From Candidatus Hecatellales archaeon (GTDB taxonomy: Archaea > Thermoproteota > Bathyarchaeia > Hecatellales > Hecatellaceae): a stretch of DNA of 30,160 nucleotides. The notes beneath the pieces were generated by a model, which had not been told where the DNA came from, made no database searches, and saw nothing but the letters and a program-made list of their open reading frames with translations. Positions 8,323-17,900 of this stretch are shown here, in pieces. How positions within the stretch are numbered: position 1 is the first letter of the stretch; each line of letters starts with the position of its first letter. The DNA lies in assembly GCA_003662485.1 (NCBI GenBank), contig QMYD01000001.1, positions 1 to 30,160 of the forward strand, given 5' to 3'. Position numbers and translations under genes: made by a program.

Positions 8323-8328
8323 GGAGGA

Positions 8329-9624
8329 TTATGCTGACAGTTTACGTTGGTATAGGAGTTTTCTGAGTATTTTGCTTGTTTTAAGCCAGGTTTCTAGGCG
8401 GATGGTTAGCTTAGCCTCCAAAGCCTTTAAGGCTTCCTTTAGGCTTGAAAACTTTTCAGGCTTGCTCTTAAGCATGGCTCTAACGCTTTCCCTAACATTC
8501 CAAACGCCTACTGGTAGTAGGTATCCTCCATGGATTTCCCTTAAAATTAGGACTCCAGCCTGCCTGCGTTCGGCTTTTAGGGCTTCAGCCACAGCCAGCC
8601 TGGCTGAGAAGTAGCAGCCCCCCACCTCCGGGTAGGTGGTTCGACCCTTATAGCCCTCATAGTCCCCCATGAATTCAGCTTTTTCCCCAGCTGGATTCCA
8701 GACGGTTCCGGGAAACCAGGCTTCAATCCACTCGAACTCCCAGGCTTCAGGGGTTAGTAGGGCTGCGAAGAGGTTGTCTAAATGCTTGAAACTGTAAACT
8801 CTGTATTCGTTGATTGGGGGGTAGTTTTTAATTTCGCCTACGAGGCTTAGGCTAACCATGCTGTCCACGGCGGTTATACTCCACCTCGTTGGAACAAGCC
8901 TCCTAAAACGTTTCTCACCAAACATTCCAAGGCTGAAGGCTTTCTGAATGCGTGAGATGGGGAGGCCAGCCCTGTAAAGGCTTAAAACAGCATCCCAAGC
9001 CTTCAAATCCCAGTCATAATAGTATTTCTCAAGCTGCCTATCAGCTGTTTGAGGGATAATCTTTAACGTTTTGAGGGGTGCGGAGGGGCCGAAGGGCTGG
9101 CTTTCATCACTTAGGAGGATTGAGCCCCTAGGCTTCCTCGTAAACTCAGCCTCAGCTTCAACAGGCCTCTCGGAGAGGATCATCTCGTGGAGTTGGTCTA
9201 GGAGTTTTCCACCGGTTTGGGGTTGGTCTACTCTAACCTTTGATAAGCCCCTAACCAGCGAGTACCTTAAACCAACGATTTCTTCTAGGCTTTTCCCCAG
9301 CCAGGCTTCTGGTAGGTCGAGGGTTGAGGTGTCCCCGTGGAAGGGGGGTATCAAAGGTCCAAGGTAAACCTTTGGGTAGCCTAGCCTCCCAACGAAAACT
9401 CCTGGTGGGGAGGAGCCCTCAACCCTCTCCGAAGCCTTAAAAACAGGGCTTTTAAGCATCATTTCGGCTTTAAGCAGAAGTGGGCATCTAGCCTTCCCGC
9501 AGAGCATCCTCCCAGCCTTGCAGGCTAGGCAGAGGGAGCCATAGCTTGGAACCCTAACCCTCACAGTTTCAGCTAGCCTAGAAAGCCTCCAGCTAAGCCA
9601 TCTAAGCTCCTCAGACAGCTGCAA
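8329..9624 (-). CDS. nreA: Nre-family archaeal DNA repair protein
   Basis: N-terminal CLACKAGRMLCGKARCP, GSSPPGVFVG-x-x-GYPKV-x-x-GP, RRLVPTRWSITAVD, GGCYFSARLAVAE, PVGVWNVRESVR. Start at TTG 9624 or CTG 9618 after GGAGG; the ORF-track extension to 9738 is probably non-coding. Confidence 0.9.
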   Translation of the reverse strand: MQLSEELRWLSWRLSRLAETVRVRVPSYGSLCLACKAGRMLCGKARCPLLLKAEMMLKSPVFKASERVEGSSPPGVFVGRLGYPKVYLGPLIPPFHGDTSTLDLPEAWLGKSLEEIVGLRYSLVRGLSKVRVDQPQTGGKLLDQLHEMILSERPVEAEAEFTRKPRGSILLSDESQPFGPSAPLKTLKIIPQTADRQLEKYYYDWDLKAWDAVLSLYRAGLPISRIQKAFSLGMFGEKRFRRLVPTRWSITAVDSMVSLSLVGEIKNYPPINEYRVYSFKHLDNLFAALLTPEAWEFEWIEAWFPGTVWNPAGEKAEFMGDYEGYKGRTTYPEVGGCYFSARLAVAEALKAERRQAGVLILREIHGGYLLPVGVWNVRESVRAMLKSKPEKFSSLKEALKALEAKLTIRLETWLKTSKILRKLLYQRKLSA

Positions 9625-9734
9625 ACCTCCAAAGGAAAGGAGGAAAACCCGTAGAAAATATATCTTCCTGTGGCGCTGACTTTCAACAGACCTAAAAACC
9701 TTACAACTAATTTTTAATTTAACGAAAAGCTTTT

Positions 9735-10184
9735 TCACCTCACTTTAACATCAATGATTTCTGCTTTTTGATGCTCTACTATCTTTCTTGGGTTCAGCTT
9801 TGAAAGCTTGTCGATGCTTCCTCCCCCACCAATTACAAACTCATTTTCAAGAACCCTAGGATCCACTATTGTTCTAACATTTACCCCAACTGGGGGAACC
9901 CCACCGACCTCACAGCCAGCTATTTCCTTAACCTCCTCAGGGGTTGCAAACCTAACCGAGCCAAAAAGCTTCTCAAGCCTCTCCAAATCCACTCTCGCCT
10001 CACCATCTACAACAACCAGTACAGGCCCACCCCTCTCAGCAATGAAAAGTAAAGACTTTACTATTTGCTTTGGCTTTGAACCCGTTGCCTTAACCGCCTG
10101 CTCCACGGTCTTAACGGGCACACCCACACTTATTATCTCACCACCAAGCCTCCTAACCAACTCCTCAAAGCTTTCTTTCACCAT
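9735..10184 (-). CDS. YbaK/EbsC-family aminoacyl-tRNA deacylase (trans-editing)
   Basis: QIVKSLLF (conserved Lys), FATPEEV-x-x-x-x-G, GGVPPVG, GGG; ATG 10184 after GAGGGGG. Confidence 0.88.
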   Translation of the reverse strand: MVKESFEELVRRLGGEIISVGVPVKTVEQAVKATGSKPKQIVKSLLFIAERGGPVLVVVDGEARVDLERLEKLFGSVRFATPEEVKEIAGCEVGGVPPVGVNVRTIVDPRVLENEFVIGGGGSIDKLSKLNPRKIVEHQKAEIIDVKVR

Positions 10185-10361
10185 CCCCCTCACCCTACTT
10201 CAGCAAACAAGTTAGGACATATTCTCAAACTGTGTAGCATACTAACTAATAGTTTTTAGTTTACGTGTAAGTTAGGCTTTTTTGGTGGAACGAAATTATT
10301 TGATGCTGACGAGCCTATTAGAATGAGAAATAGTTAGGTTTTATCCCTTTTTTAAAGGTGT

Positions 10362-10799
10362 TTAAACGATTATTACGTTGTCTATGTTGAAGTATTTGCG
10401 GGCTAGCTGCCTTATTCTGTTTGCTCTCTCACCTTTCCGCCCTATGGCTAAACCCTTCTCCCTCTCGTCTATCTTCACCACCACGATTTTTCTTCCATCA
10501 AGCTTCTCCGTAAGCCTAATCTCCTGAACCTTTACGGGCATGAAGGCATTTTTAACAAACTCAACGGGGTCGTCTGAATACTCTATGATGTCTATATCCT
10601 TCCCCGTCATCCTCTTTAAAACCTTAACCTTCCCTCCCGATTTGCCTACGGCTAAGCCTCCCTCCTTCTCCTTGGTTATGAAGATGAGCTTGTTCTGCTT
10701 GTCGTCTATGATGCAGTCCTTAGCCGTCGCCCCGGTTACGCTTTCGAATAAGGCGATGTAGCGCATTTCCTCAGCGGTTAGCTTTATTTTCCCAGCCAC
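10362..10799 (-). CDS. nusA: Archaeal NusA (two KH domains)
   Basis: EEMRYIALFESVTGA-x-x-x-DC, AVGKSG, IEYSDDP, AIGRKG; canonical position after L30e. Confidence 0.96.
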   Translation of the reverse strand: MAGKIKLTAEEMRYIALFESVTGATAKDCIIDDKQNKLIFITKEKEGGLAVGKSGGKVKVLKRMTGKDIDIIEYSDDPVEFVKNAFMPVKVQEIRLTEKLDGRKIVVVKIDEREKGLAIGRKGERANRIRQLARKYFNIDNVIIV

Positions 10800-10802
10800 A
10801 GG

Positions 10803-11135
10803 CTAACCCTTCCTCCTTCCACGCTTCTTCGCTGGGGAGAGGGCTAGAATACCTGAATCTCCTGGGTCGCGAATGGCTAGGGCGGAAACCGTGTAGGGTT
10901 TCCCGCAGGCCGCCCCCAAGTCTAGGCTTGTAAGCTTGGAGTCGAGTATGGGTACCCCAGCAAGCTTGGCTAAGCTTTCAAGCTTTTTCCTATGCTCTGG
11001 GGGGAGGTTTCCAGCTACAACCACCAGTTTAGCCTTCCCCCCTCTTAAGGCTTCAAGGGTTTCCTTTAGGCCTAGGGTTACCTTCCCTGTTCTCACAGCT
11101 ATGGATAGGGCTCTGGTCAGCGTGCTACTGCTCAG
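10803..11135 (-). CDS. rpl30e: 50S ribosomal protein eL30
   Basis: TGKVTLG-x-K-x-T, AKLVVVAGN, LGAACGKPY-x-VS-x-LAI-x-DPGDS-x-I. The conserved N-terminal helix (LTRALSIAV) lies upstream of the track's GTG 11096, so the start is placed at CTG 11135. Confidence 0.93.
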   Translation of the reverse strand: MSSSTLTRALSIAVRTGKVTLGLKETLEALRGGKAKLVVVAGNLPPEHRKKLESLAKLAGVPILDSKLTSLDLGAACGKPYTVSALAIRDPGDSGILALSPAKKRGRRKG

Positions 11136-14100
11136 CTCTGGCTCCCTCCAAGCCTTCCAGGCGTCATATACAGTTCGATGATTCCCGTCCCCACTGGTAT
11201 GAGCTGACCGCAGATCACGTTTTCGGTTACGCCTTTAAGGTCATCTTCCAAACCCTTAATGGAGGCATCTATTAGGGTTGGAACGGTTATCTCGAAAGCA
11301 GCCCTAGCCAGCACACTCGCCTTCTCCCCCGTAACGCCGTGGCGTCCTATCTGCATAACATCACCGTTAAAGGTCATAATGTCGGCTACGAGCATTATAT
11401 GCCTAATATCGACGTCGAGGCCTTGCTCTTCAAGCACCCCCACAATTTCGTTAATAATGGCGTTTCTGGCAGCCTCAATGCCGAGGGTTGAAGCTATCTC
11501 ATGAATGTTGTTGGTGGTTGTTCTCGTAGGGTCAACCTCTGGAATCCTTAGGACTCTGGCTAGGTTGGAGCCGTCTGTTTGGATCACCCATTCACCCTTG
11601 TCCCAGACCACCATGGCCCTCCTAATGCCTGGTATCCCCTTAATCGGGATGTAAGCGATCCTCGTGAGGATTTTGGGGAGGTCAGCTGGATTCCGGGGTG
11701 TCAGGATAATCCTCCACCTTTCCTCCAGCGTAATGTTGCAGCCTGCAATTTTTATGAGGTCTCTCACCTCGCTTGGGGTTAGCCCACGCTCGTTTAGCGA
11801 TTGGGGTGAAAGCTCAACAATCACAGAGGCCTTAGCATAGTCTATGTACATGGCTGTGGCTATGTCGCTTAGGGTGGTGTAAACGATGCTTTGAGCTATT
11901 TTGGCAGCCTTCTCCCTATCCTTCCTAAACTCAGGCTTAAGGTAAATGTTCATAATGGGGGTTGAAGGAGTCTTCCTCGCATCAACGATCTCAATGATCC
12001 TTGGGAGGCCGAGCGTAACGTTTCGCTCCTTAACCCCTGCGAAGTGGAAGGTTCGAAGCGTCATCTGGGTTCCAGGCTCCCCAATAGACTGGGCGGTAAC
12101 GATTCCGCAGGATTCTCCAGGCTCAATCTTCGCCATCTTATAGTCCCTAACCGTTGTTTCAACGGCTTCATCTACCGCTCTCTTGGGGAGGTCGGATTTA
12201 AGCAGGGCCTTCTTCAGCTCAGCGGTTAGGAGGGGTGTGAGCTCCCCTCTAACCTCCTCCACCTTTTTCAGAATGTACTCCTTGGGGGCAGGCTTCTCCC
12301 GACTATCCGCATAGGCTATTTTAAGCCTCTCCACCAGCCTCTCCACGTTTACAGCCTTCCCATGGTCGCTCTTCGCAGGGTCAACTCCATCCTCACCATA
12401 GCGGAACTGGATAATCTGGCCTGTAGCCGTCCTAACGGTTTCATCGTATTCCACCCTTACGTCTTGGAGAGCGTTGATGAGTCTACGCTGCATGTAGCCG
12501 CTCTGCTGAGTTCTGACAGCTGTGTCGACTAGGCCTTCCCTTCCACCCATGGCGTGGAAGAAGAACTCCCAGGGGTTCAGCCCATCCCTATAGCAGGAGC
12601 TAACGAAGCCCCTAGCCTCCGGGCTTACGTCTCCAGGCTTGAAGTGGGGTAGGGCCCTATCCTTGTAGCCTCGAATAATCCGCTTGCCACGGATGGACTG
12701 CTGGCCGAGGCAGGCAGCCATCTGCCCTATATTCAGGCTTGAACCCCTAGCCCCCGTCCTAGTCATCACGCTTCCACTGTTATCCATGCCGAAGTATTCG
12801 TCTGCAAGCACTCCTGCTTCATCCCTTGCGGCTGCCAGCTCATTCATGATGTAGATTTCAAGGGAGTCCTCGAGGGTTTGGCCTGGAAGCTTGATTAGTT
12901 CTCCCCTGTTAAACTTGTTTATGAGCTCCATAACCTTCTTTCTCGCCTCAGCCATCCTACGCTCTATTTTACGTTTAACTTCCTGGGGGATGTCAAGTTC
13001 ATCCAGCGAGTAGGAGAAGCCCTTCATAGTAGTGTAAACGTTAACCATTCTTGAAAGCTTATTCAGGAAGTCCTTAGCCGCCTCAGTTCCCTTCTCCTTA
13101 ACAATCCTGTGGAGGATGCTTTCAGGCTTCTCCGCTCCAATCGCATTCTTATCTATGACGCCGTGGAGGAGTTTTCCATCCTTAATCACCACGTAGGCGT
13201 CGTATTCGCATTTCTCTTTTAGGCATTGGGTGCAGCCCCTGCAAATACTCGCCCTAGCCACGTAGTCGAAGTCTTTGGGTAGGAGGAGGCTGAAGATATC
13301 CTTCCCAGACCAGAGGGGTTGAGGCTTCTTCACAGCTGGCTCGGGCAGGTCTCCCCTATAATCTATAGCCGCCAGGAGGGTGCAAACCTCCTCCTTGGTT
13401 AGGAGGGTGGTCTTCCTCGTGAGCAGGTAGGCTCCAGTAATGAAGTCTCGAATGGCTCCAATCAGCGGCCCACCATACCTCGGCGACAAAATCTGGTCTT
13501 GAACCTTCATGAGTTCGAGGGCTTCCGTTACGGCTTCCTCACTTTGGGGCACGTGAAGGTTCATTTCATCCCCGTCGAAGTCTGCATTGTAAGGTGGGCA
13601 GACGCAGAGGTGAAGCCTGAAGGTTCGGTAGGGTAAAACCTTAACCCTATGGGCCATCATGGACATCCTATGCAGTGAAGGCTGCCTGTTAAAGAGGACA
13701 ATATCCCCATCCTTCAAGTGTCTTTCAACGATGAAGCCTGGCTCCAATACCTCCTTGATCTTGGAGCGGTCGGCTACAAACTCCAGCCTTATCCGCTTCC
13801 CGTCGGGTCTGAGCACGTAGAGGGCTCCAGGATACTTGTCGGGGCCGTTCTCCACAAGCTTCTTCATCTCTTCGAGGTTCCATTCCGTCACGACTTCGGG
13901 GTAGGTTAGCTTCATTGCCACCTCCACGGGGACTCCAACCTCATCGATGGAGAGGTTTGGATCGGGGGAGATCACGGTTCTAGCCGAAAAGTCCACCCTC
14001 TTGCCTGAGAGGTTGCTTCGGAAGCGTCCCTCCTTCCCCTTAAGCCTCTGGGCTAGGGTTCTCAGGGCTCTTCCAGACCTATGCCTGGCAGGCGGAATCC

Positions 14101-14980
14101 CCGAGGTCTCATTATCGAAGTAGGTGGTCACGTGGTATTGGAGGAGGTCGGAGAGCTCCTGGGAGATGAGGGGTGGAGCCCCACCCTCGCTCGTATACTC
14201 TTCAAGCCTCCTGTTAATTCGGATGATGTCCACAAGCTTGTGGGTTAGGTCATCCTCGGAGCGTATCCCCGACTCAAGCATGATGGAAGGCCTAACACAT
14301 ACGGGTGGCACGGGTAAAACTTGGAGGATCATCCATTCAGGCCTCATCGCCGTGGGGTCGTAACCTATAAGCTTTAGGTCTTCATCGTTTACGAGTTCAA
14401 GCCAACCCCTCAGGGTTGAGGGGGTTAAAGGCCTTGGAACCCCATCTACATGCTCGTAGAAGCTGGTGGGCTTGGAAAACTCTATGGGGTTTTGCTTCTT
14501 CATGCAGTGGGGGCAGCGTTGAGCCTTCCTCGCCTTATGCTTGATCTCCTCGTAGATTTGGGTGGGCTCCTCTCCAAGCTCCTCCTTCACCTGCTTAATC
14601 TTCTCCCTATACTTTTCGATTTCCTCCTCTGGGATTAGAATTCGACCGCACTCCTTGCAGAAAATGTTCAAGATTTCATGAATGTATTTTACGAAGCCTA
14701 CGTGAACCACTGGGAAGGCGAGTTCTATGTGGCCGAAGTGGCCTGGACACCTAGCCGTCGTATTCCCGCAGGTTTTGCAGCGGGCTCTAGGCTCAAGGGT
14801 TCCAAGCCTCTCATCCATGAGGCCTGAGGCTATGGGGGCTCCATCCTCATCGTAGGTGTCAGCCTCCCTAACCTCAACCACAGAATACTTCCTAATCTCT
14901 TGGGGTGAAAGTATTCCAAACTTAATCTTCTTAATCCTCTTAGTTGCTTCCTCCTCCTCGATTAGGGTTTCAACCGCCAT
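11132..14980 (-). CDS. rpoA: RNA polymerase subunit A, fused A'+A'' (Rpo1)
   Basis: CKTC…CPGHFGHIEL, GKRVDFSARTVISPDP, NADFDGDEMN, TAVRTQQSGYMQRRL continuing in frame into AQSIGEPGTQMTLRTFH and LARAAFE…GVTENVICG. ATG 14980 overlaps the rpoB stop (TAATG). Confidence 0.98.
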   Translation of the reverse strand: MAVETLIEEEEATKRIKKIKFGILSPQEIRKYSVVEVREADTYDEDGAPIASGLMDERLGTLEPRARCKTCGNTTARCPGHFGHIELAFPVVHVGFVKYIHEILNIFCKECGRILIPEEEIEKYREKIKQVKEELGEEPTQIYEEIKHKARKAQRCPHCMKKQNPIEFSKPTSFYEHVDGVPRPLTPSTLRGWLELVNDEDLKLIGYDPTAMRPEWMILQVLPVPPVCVRPSIMLESGIRSEDDLTHKLVDIIRINRRLEEYTSEGGAPPLISQELSDLLQYHVTTYFDNETSGIPPARHRSGRALRTLAQRLKGKEGRFRSNLSGKRVDFSARTVISPDPNLSIDEVGVPVEVAMKLTYPEVVTEWNLEEMKKLVENGPDKYPGALYVLRPDGKRIRLEFVADRSKIKEVLEPGFIVERHLKDGDIVLFNRQPSLHRMSMMAHRVKVLPYRTFRLHLCVCPPYNADFDGDEMNLHVPQSEEAVTEALELMKVQDQILSPRYGGPLIGAIRDFITGAYLLTRKTTLLTKEEVCTLLAAIDYRGDLPEPAVKKPQPLWSGKDIFSLLLPKDFDYVARASICRGCTQCLKEKCEYDAYVVIKDGKLLHGVIDKNAIGAEKPESILHRIVKEKGTEAAKDFLNKLSRMVNVYTTMKGFSYSLDELDIPQEVKRKIERRMAEARKKVMELINKFNRGELIKLPGQTLEDSLEIYIMNELAAARDEAGVLADEYFGMDNSGSVMTRTGARGSSLNIGQMAACLGQQSIRGKRIIRGYKDRALPHFKPGDVSPEARGFVSSCYRDGLNPWEFFFHAMGGREGLVDTAVRTQQSGYMQRRLINALQDVRVEYDETVRTATGQIIQFRYGEDGVDPAKSDHGKAVNVERLVERLKIAYADSREKPAPKEYILKKVEEVRGELTPLLTAELKKALLKSDLPKRAVDEAVETTVRDYKMAKIEPGESCGIVTAQSIGEPGTQMTLRTFHFAGVKERNVTLGLPRIIEIVDARKTPSTPIMNIYLKPEFRKDREKAAKIAQSIVYTTLSDIATAMYIDYAKASVIVELSPQSLNERGLTPSEVRDLIKIAGCNITLEERWRIILTPRNPADLPKILTRIAYIPIKGIPGIRRAMVVWDKGEWVIQTDGSNLARVLRIPEVDPTRTTTNNIHEIASTLGIEAARNAIINEIVGVLEEQGLDVDIRHIMLVADIMTFNGDVMQIGRHGVTGEKASVLARAAFEITVPTLIDASIKGLEDDLKGVTENVICGQLIPVGTGIIELYMTPGRLGGSQS

Positions 14981-17900
14981 TATGTCCTCTCCTCCAGGAT
15001 TAGTCTTGGAGCTATGCAAAGGCTCATAAGCTCCTGTAGCAGAAGCTTGAAGGCGTAGGAAACTGTTACAGGCGAAATCACGGTTTCATCCCCGCAGATG
15101 GGGCAAACATACTTACGCTGCCTTGAATCATACCAGGCGATAAGCCCACACTTCTCGCAAACATAAATCACATACTTGTCGGATTCGTCTAGAAGCCTAT
15201 CCTTCAATAGGAGGGCTGCACCATGGCCAACCAAGCAGTCCCTCTCCATCTCCCCAAACCTTAGGCCTCCGCCTCTCGCCCTGCCCTCGGTAGGCTGCCT
15301 AGTCAGCATTTGAACCTGGCCCCTAGCCCTAGCATGAATCTTGTCTACTACCATGTGGTGGAGCTTCTGGTAGTAGACTATGCCTATGAAAATGTCTGCC
15401 TCAAATTTCTCGCCGGTAATGCCGTTGTACATTACCTCCCTTCCACCATGGTGGAAGCCGAGCTTTTTGAGCAGGCTTCTGAGGTCTTCAACCTTCTCAT
15501 TGGCGAAGGCGGTTCCGTTGATGGGCCTCCCAATGATGGCGGCTATCTTTCCTGCTATGGATTCGAGGAACTGGCCTATAGTCATCCTGGAGGGGAAGGC
15601 ATGCGGGTTGATAATGATGTCTGGAACTATGCCGCTCTCCGTGAAGGGCATGTCCTCCTGGGGTACGAGCATGCCTATTACGCCCTTCTGGCCGTGGCGG
15701 GAGGCAAACTTGTCTCCAAGCTCAGCATCCCTAATATCCCTAACCTTCACCTTCACCAGCGTATTCCCCTGCGAGGTCTTTGTAATCATCACAGAGTCCA
15801 CAATTCCCCGCTCAGAGGGCCTCATGGTTATGGAGGTATCCCTCCTCGTGGGCCCCCTAATCTCAAACTCCTTATACTCTTCGAGGAATCTTGGAGGACT
15901 TGTCCTCCCAACCAGCACATCCAACCCTGAAACCTCGGTCTCAGGGGAGATAATCCCATCGGGTTCAAGGTTCCGATAGTACTGTTCGCCTCTGAAGCCT
16001 ATGGTTCCAGCCTCAGGAAGCTCAAACCTATCCTTTTCGCCTCCCAAGTACTGCTTGGCCTCAGCCTCATAGAGCCTGTAGAAGGTTGAGCGGGCTAGGC
16101 CACGCTCCACCGAAGCCTTATTGAAGATGAGGGCGTCCTCCATGTTGTAGCCTTCGAAGGATAAGACAGCCACCACGCAGTTCTGGCCTGAAGGCCTGTC
16201 ATCATAGCCTATGATATCCATGGGGTCCGTCTTCACAAGGGGTCTCTGAGGATAATGCAGTATATGGCTTCTTGAGTCTGTTCGAAGGAAGAAGTTGGAG
16301 GCGTACATGCCTAGGGCCTGCTTCGCCATTGCCGCCTCATAGGAGTTCCTCGGAGACTGGTTGTGTTCGGGATATGGGATAAGCGAGGCGCAGATTCCCA
16401 GGATGCCGTAGGGCACGATTTCCAGGTGCGTATGCTCCGGGGTTACGTCTTCAGGCCTAAGAGCCACATAGGCGTTTTCCTCCTCATCCGCATCCAAAAG
16501 CTCTATCTGCCCTCTCGCCAGCAAGTCGTACCAGGAAATCTCACCACGCCTAAGCCTTTCAAGATCCTCCTCCGAAACCTTGGGCTTCCCATTTTCAACG
16601 ATGATGAGGGGTCTCCTAATCCTCCCAGCATCAGCGTTAACGTAGACCTCCTTGAGAACCATACCCTTCGACTTGTGAACGTAGAGAGCCACGTTTATCT
16701 CATTACTTATTTCACCCCTACGCCTCATCTGCCTAAGCTTTCTAACAAGCTCCTCAGGATTCAGCGTGTAGCCTATATGGCCGTCATAGAAGACTTTTGC
16801 ACCCTTAAGCCTGAGCTCGGGGTCTGCCTCCTCCACGTCCACGACGCCCAGGCTTCTGAGGAGCTCCCTAACCTTTTCCAGGCTTTCCCCAACCGAGATG
16901 GTGGCGGAGAGGGCTAGGTTCTTAACGAGGCCGCAGTTGGAGCCTTCAGGAGTCTCGTTGGGGCAGATCCTACCCCAGTGGGTGGCGTGTAGGTCTCTGG
17001 CTTCAAAGTTGGGCTGGCTTCGACTTAGGGGTGACTGAAGCCTCCGAAGGTGGCTTAAAGTCGAAATATGGTTGGTTCTGTCGAGAAGCTGGGTTACCCC
17101 CACCTTCCCCCTACCCCAGTTGCCAGTGGCAAGAGCATGCTGAATCCGCTCGGTTATGATTCCAGGCCTAACTGCCGCGTTTATGGCTCCAGCAGGCCCC
17201 ACGCGTTTGAGGCTTGTACGCTCCAGCTGGTATTTCATGTCCCGGCATAGGTTTCTGAAGGTTACGCGGAAGAGGTCTGCTAGGAGGTCTCCAGCAAGCC
17301 TCAGCCTCTTATTGGCGTAATGATCCTTGTCGTCTGGCTTTCTCCATCCCAGCTTGAGCTCTATAAGCCTGCAAACCACCTCAGCCAGGAAGTAGGCCTT
17401 CTTAATCCTGCTCTCTGGGGTTCGGCCCAGATGCGGGAGGAAGTTCCTGTCCAAAACGTTTTCAGCCTTCCTCACCCTGTATTCTTCCACATGGCCGAAG
17501 GCCACCCTGTTCCCAATGTATAGGATGGCATCCTTGGTTTTCATAACTCCTGAAGCCTTCTCAAAGGAGGCGTCAAGCATCTGCTGGATTTCAGGCCTAG
17601 GCGAAACAGCCTCCGCTATCTGCTTGTCAACCTCGAGGCCTAAGGCCTTCATGAGGACGACGAAGGGTATGTCCACCATCACGCCTGGGATGGAGACGTG
17701 GATGGAGCGGTCAGCCCTCATCTTCACTTCGATTCTCGCCCTAAAGCCCACGGTGGTTGAGAAGATTTTAGCCCGATAGGTGGCGGTGGTTCCAACCTCC
17801 TCCACATCCACCATTATCCGGTTGGGTGCAAGGTCTTCGAGGGCTACGATAACCCTCTCCGACCCATTCACGATAAAGTATCCGCCGGGGTCGTTGGGGT

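Noticed and set aside
9625-9738. N-terminal extensions given by the ORF track (nre, rpoA, tuf, DUF89, sufS, ORF 2202)
   Set aside because: They run through AT-rich promoter DNA or the upstream gene; SD positions and family N-termini favour later starts.
15310-16917. Long plus-strand ORFs (206, 199, 184 aa) inside rpoB, and similar ones inside rpoA, tuf and nre
   Set aside because: Antisense shadows of highly conserved genes with no recognisable motifs.
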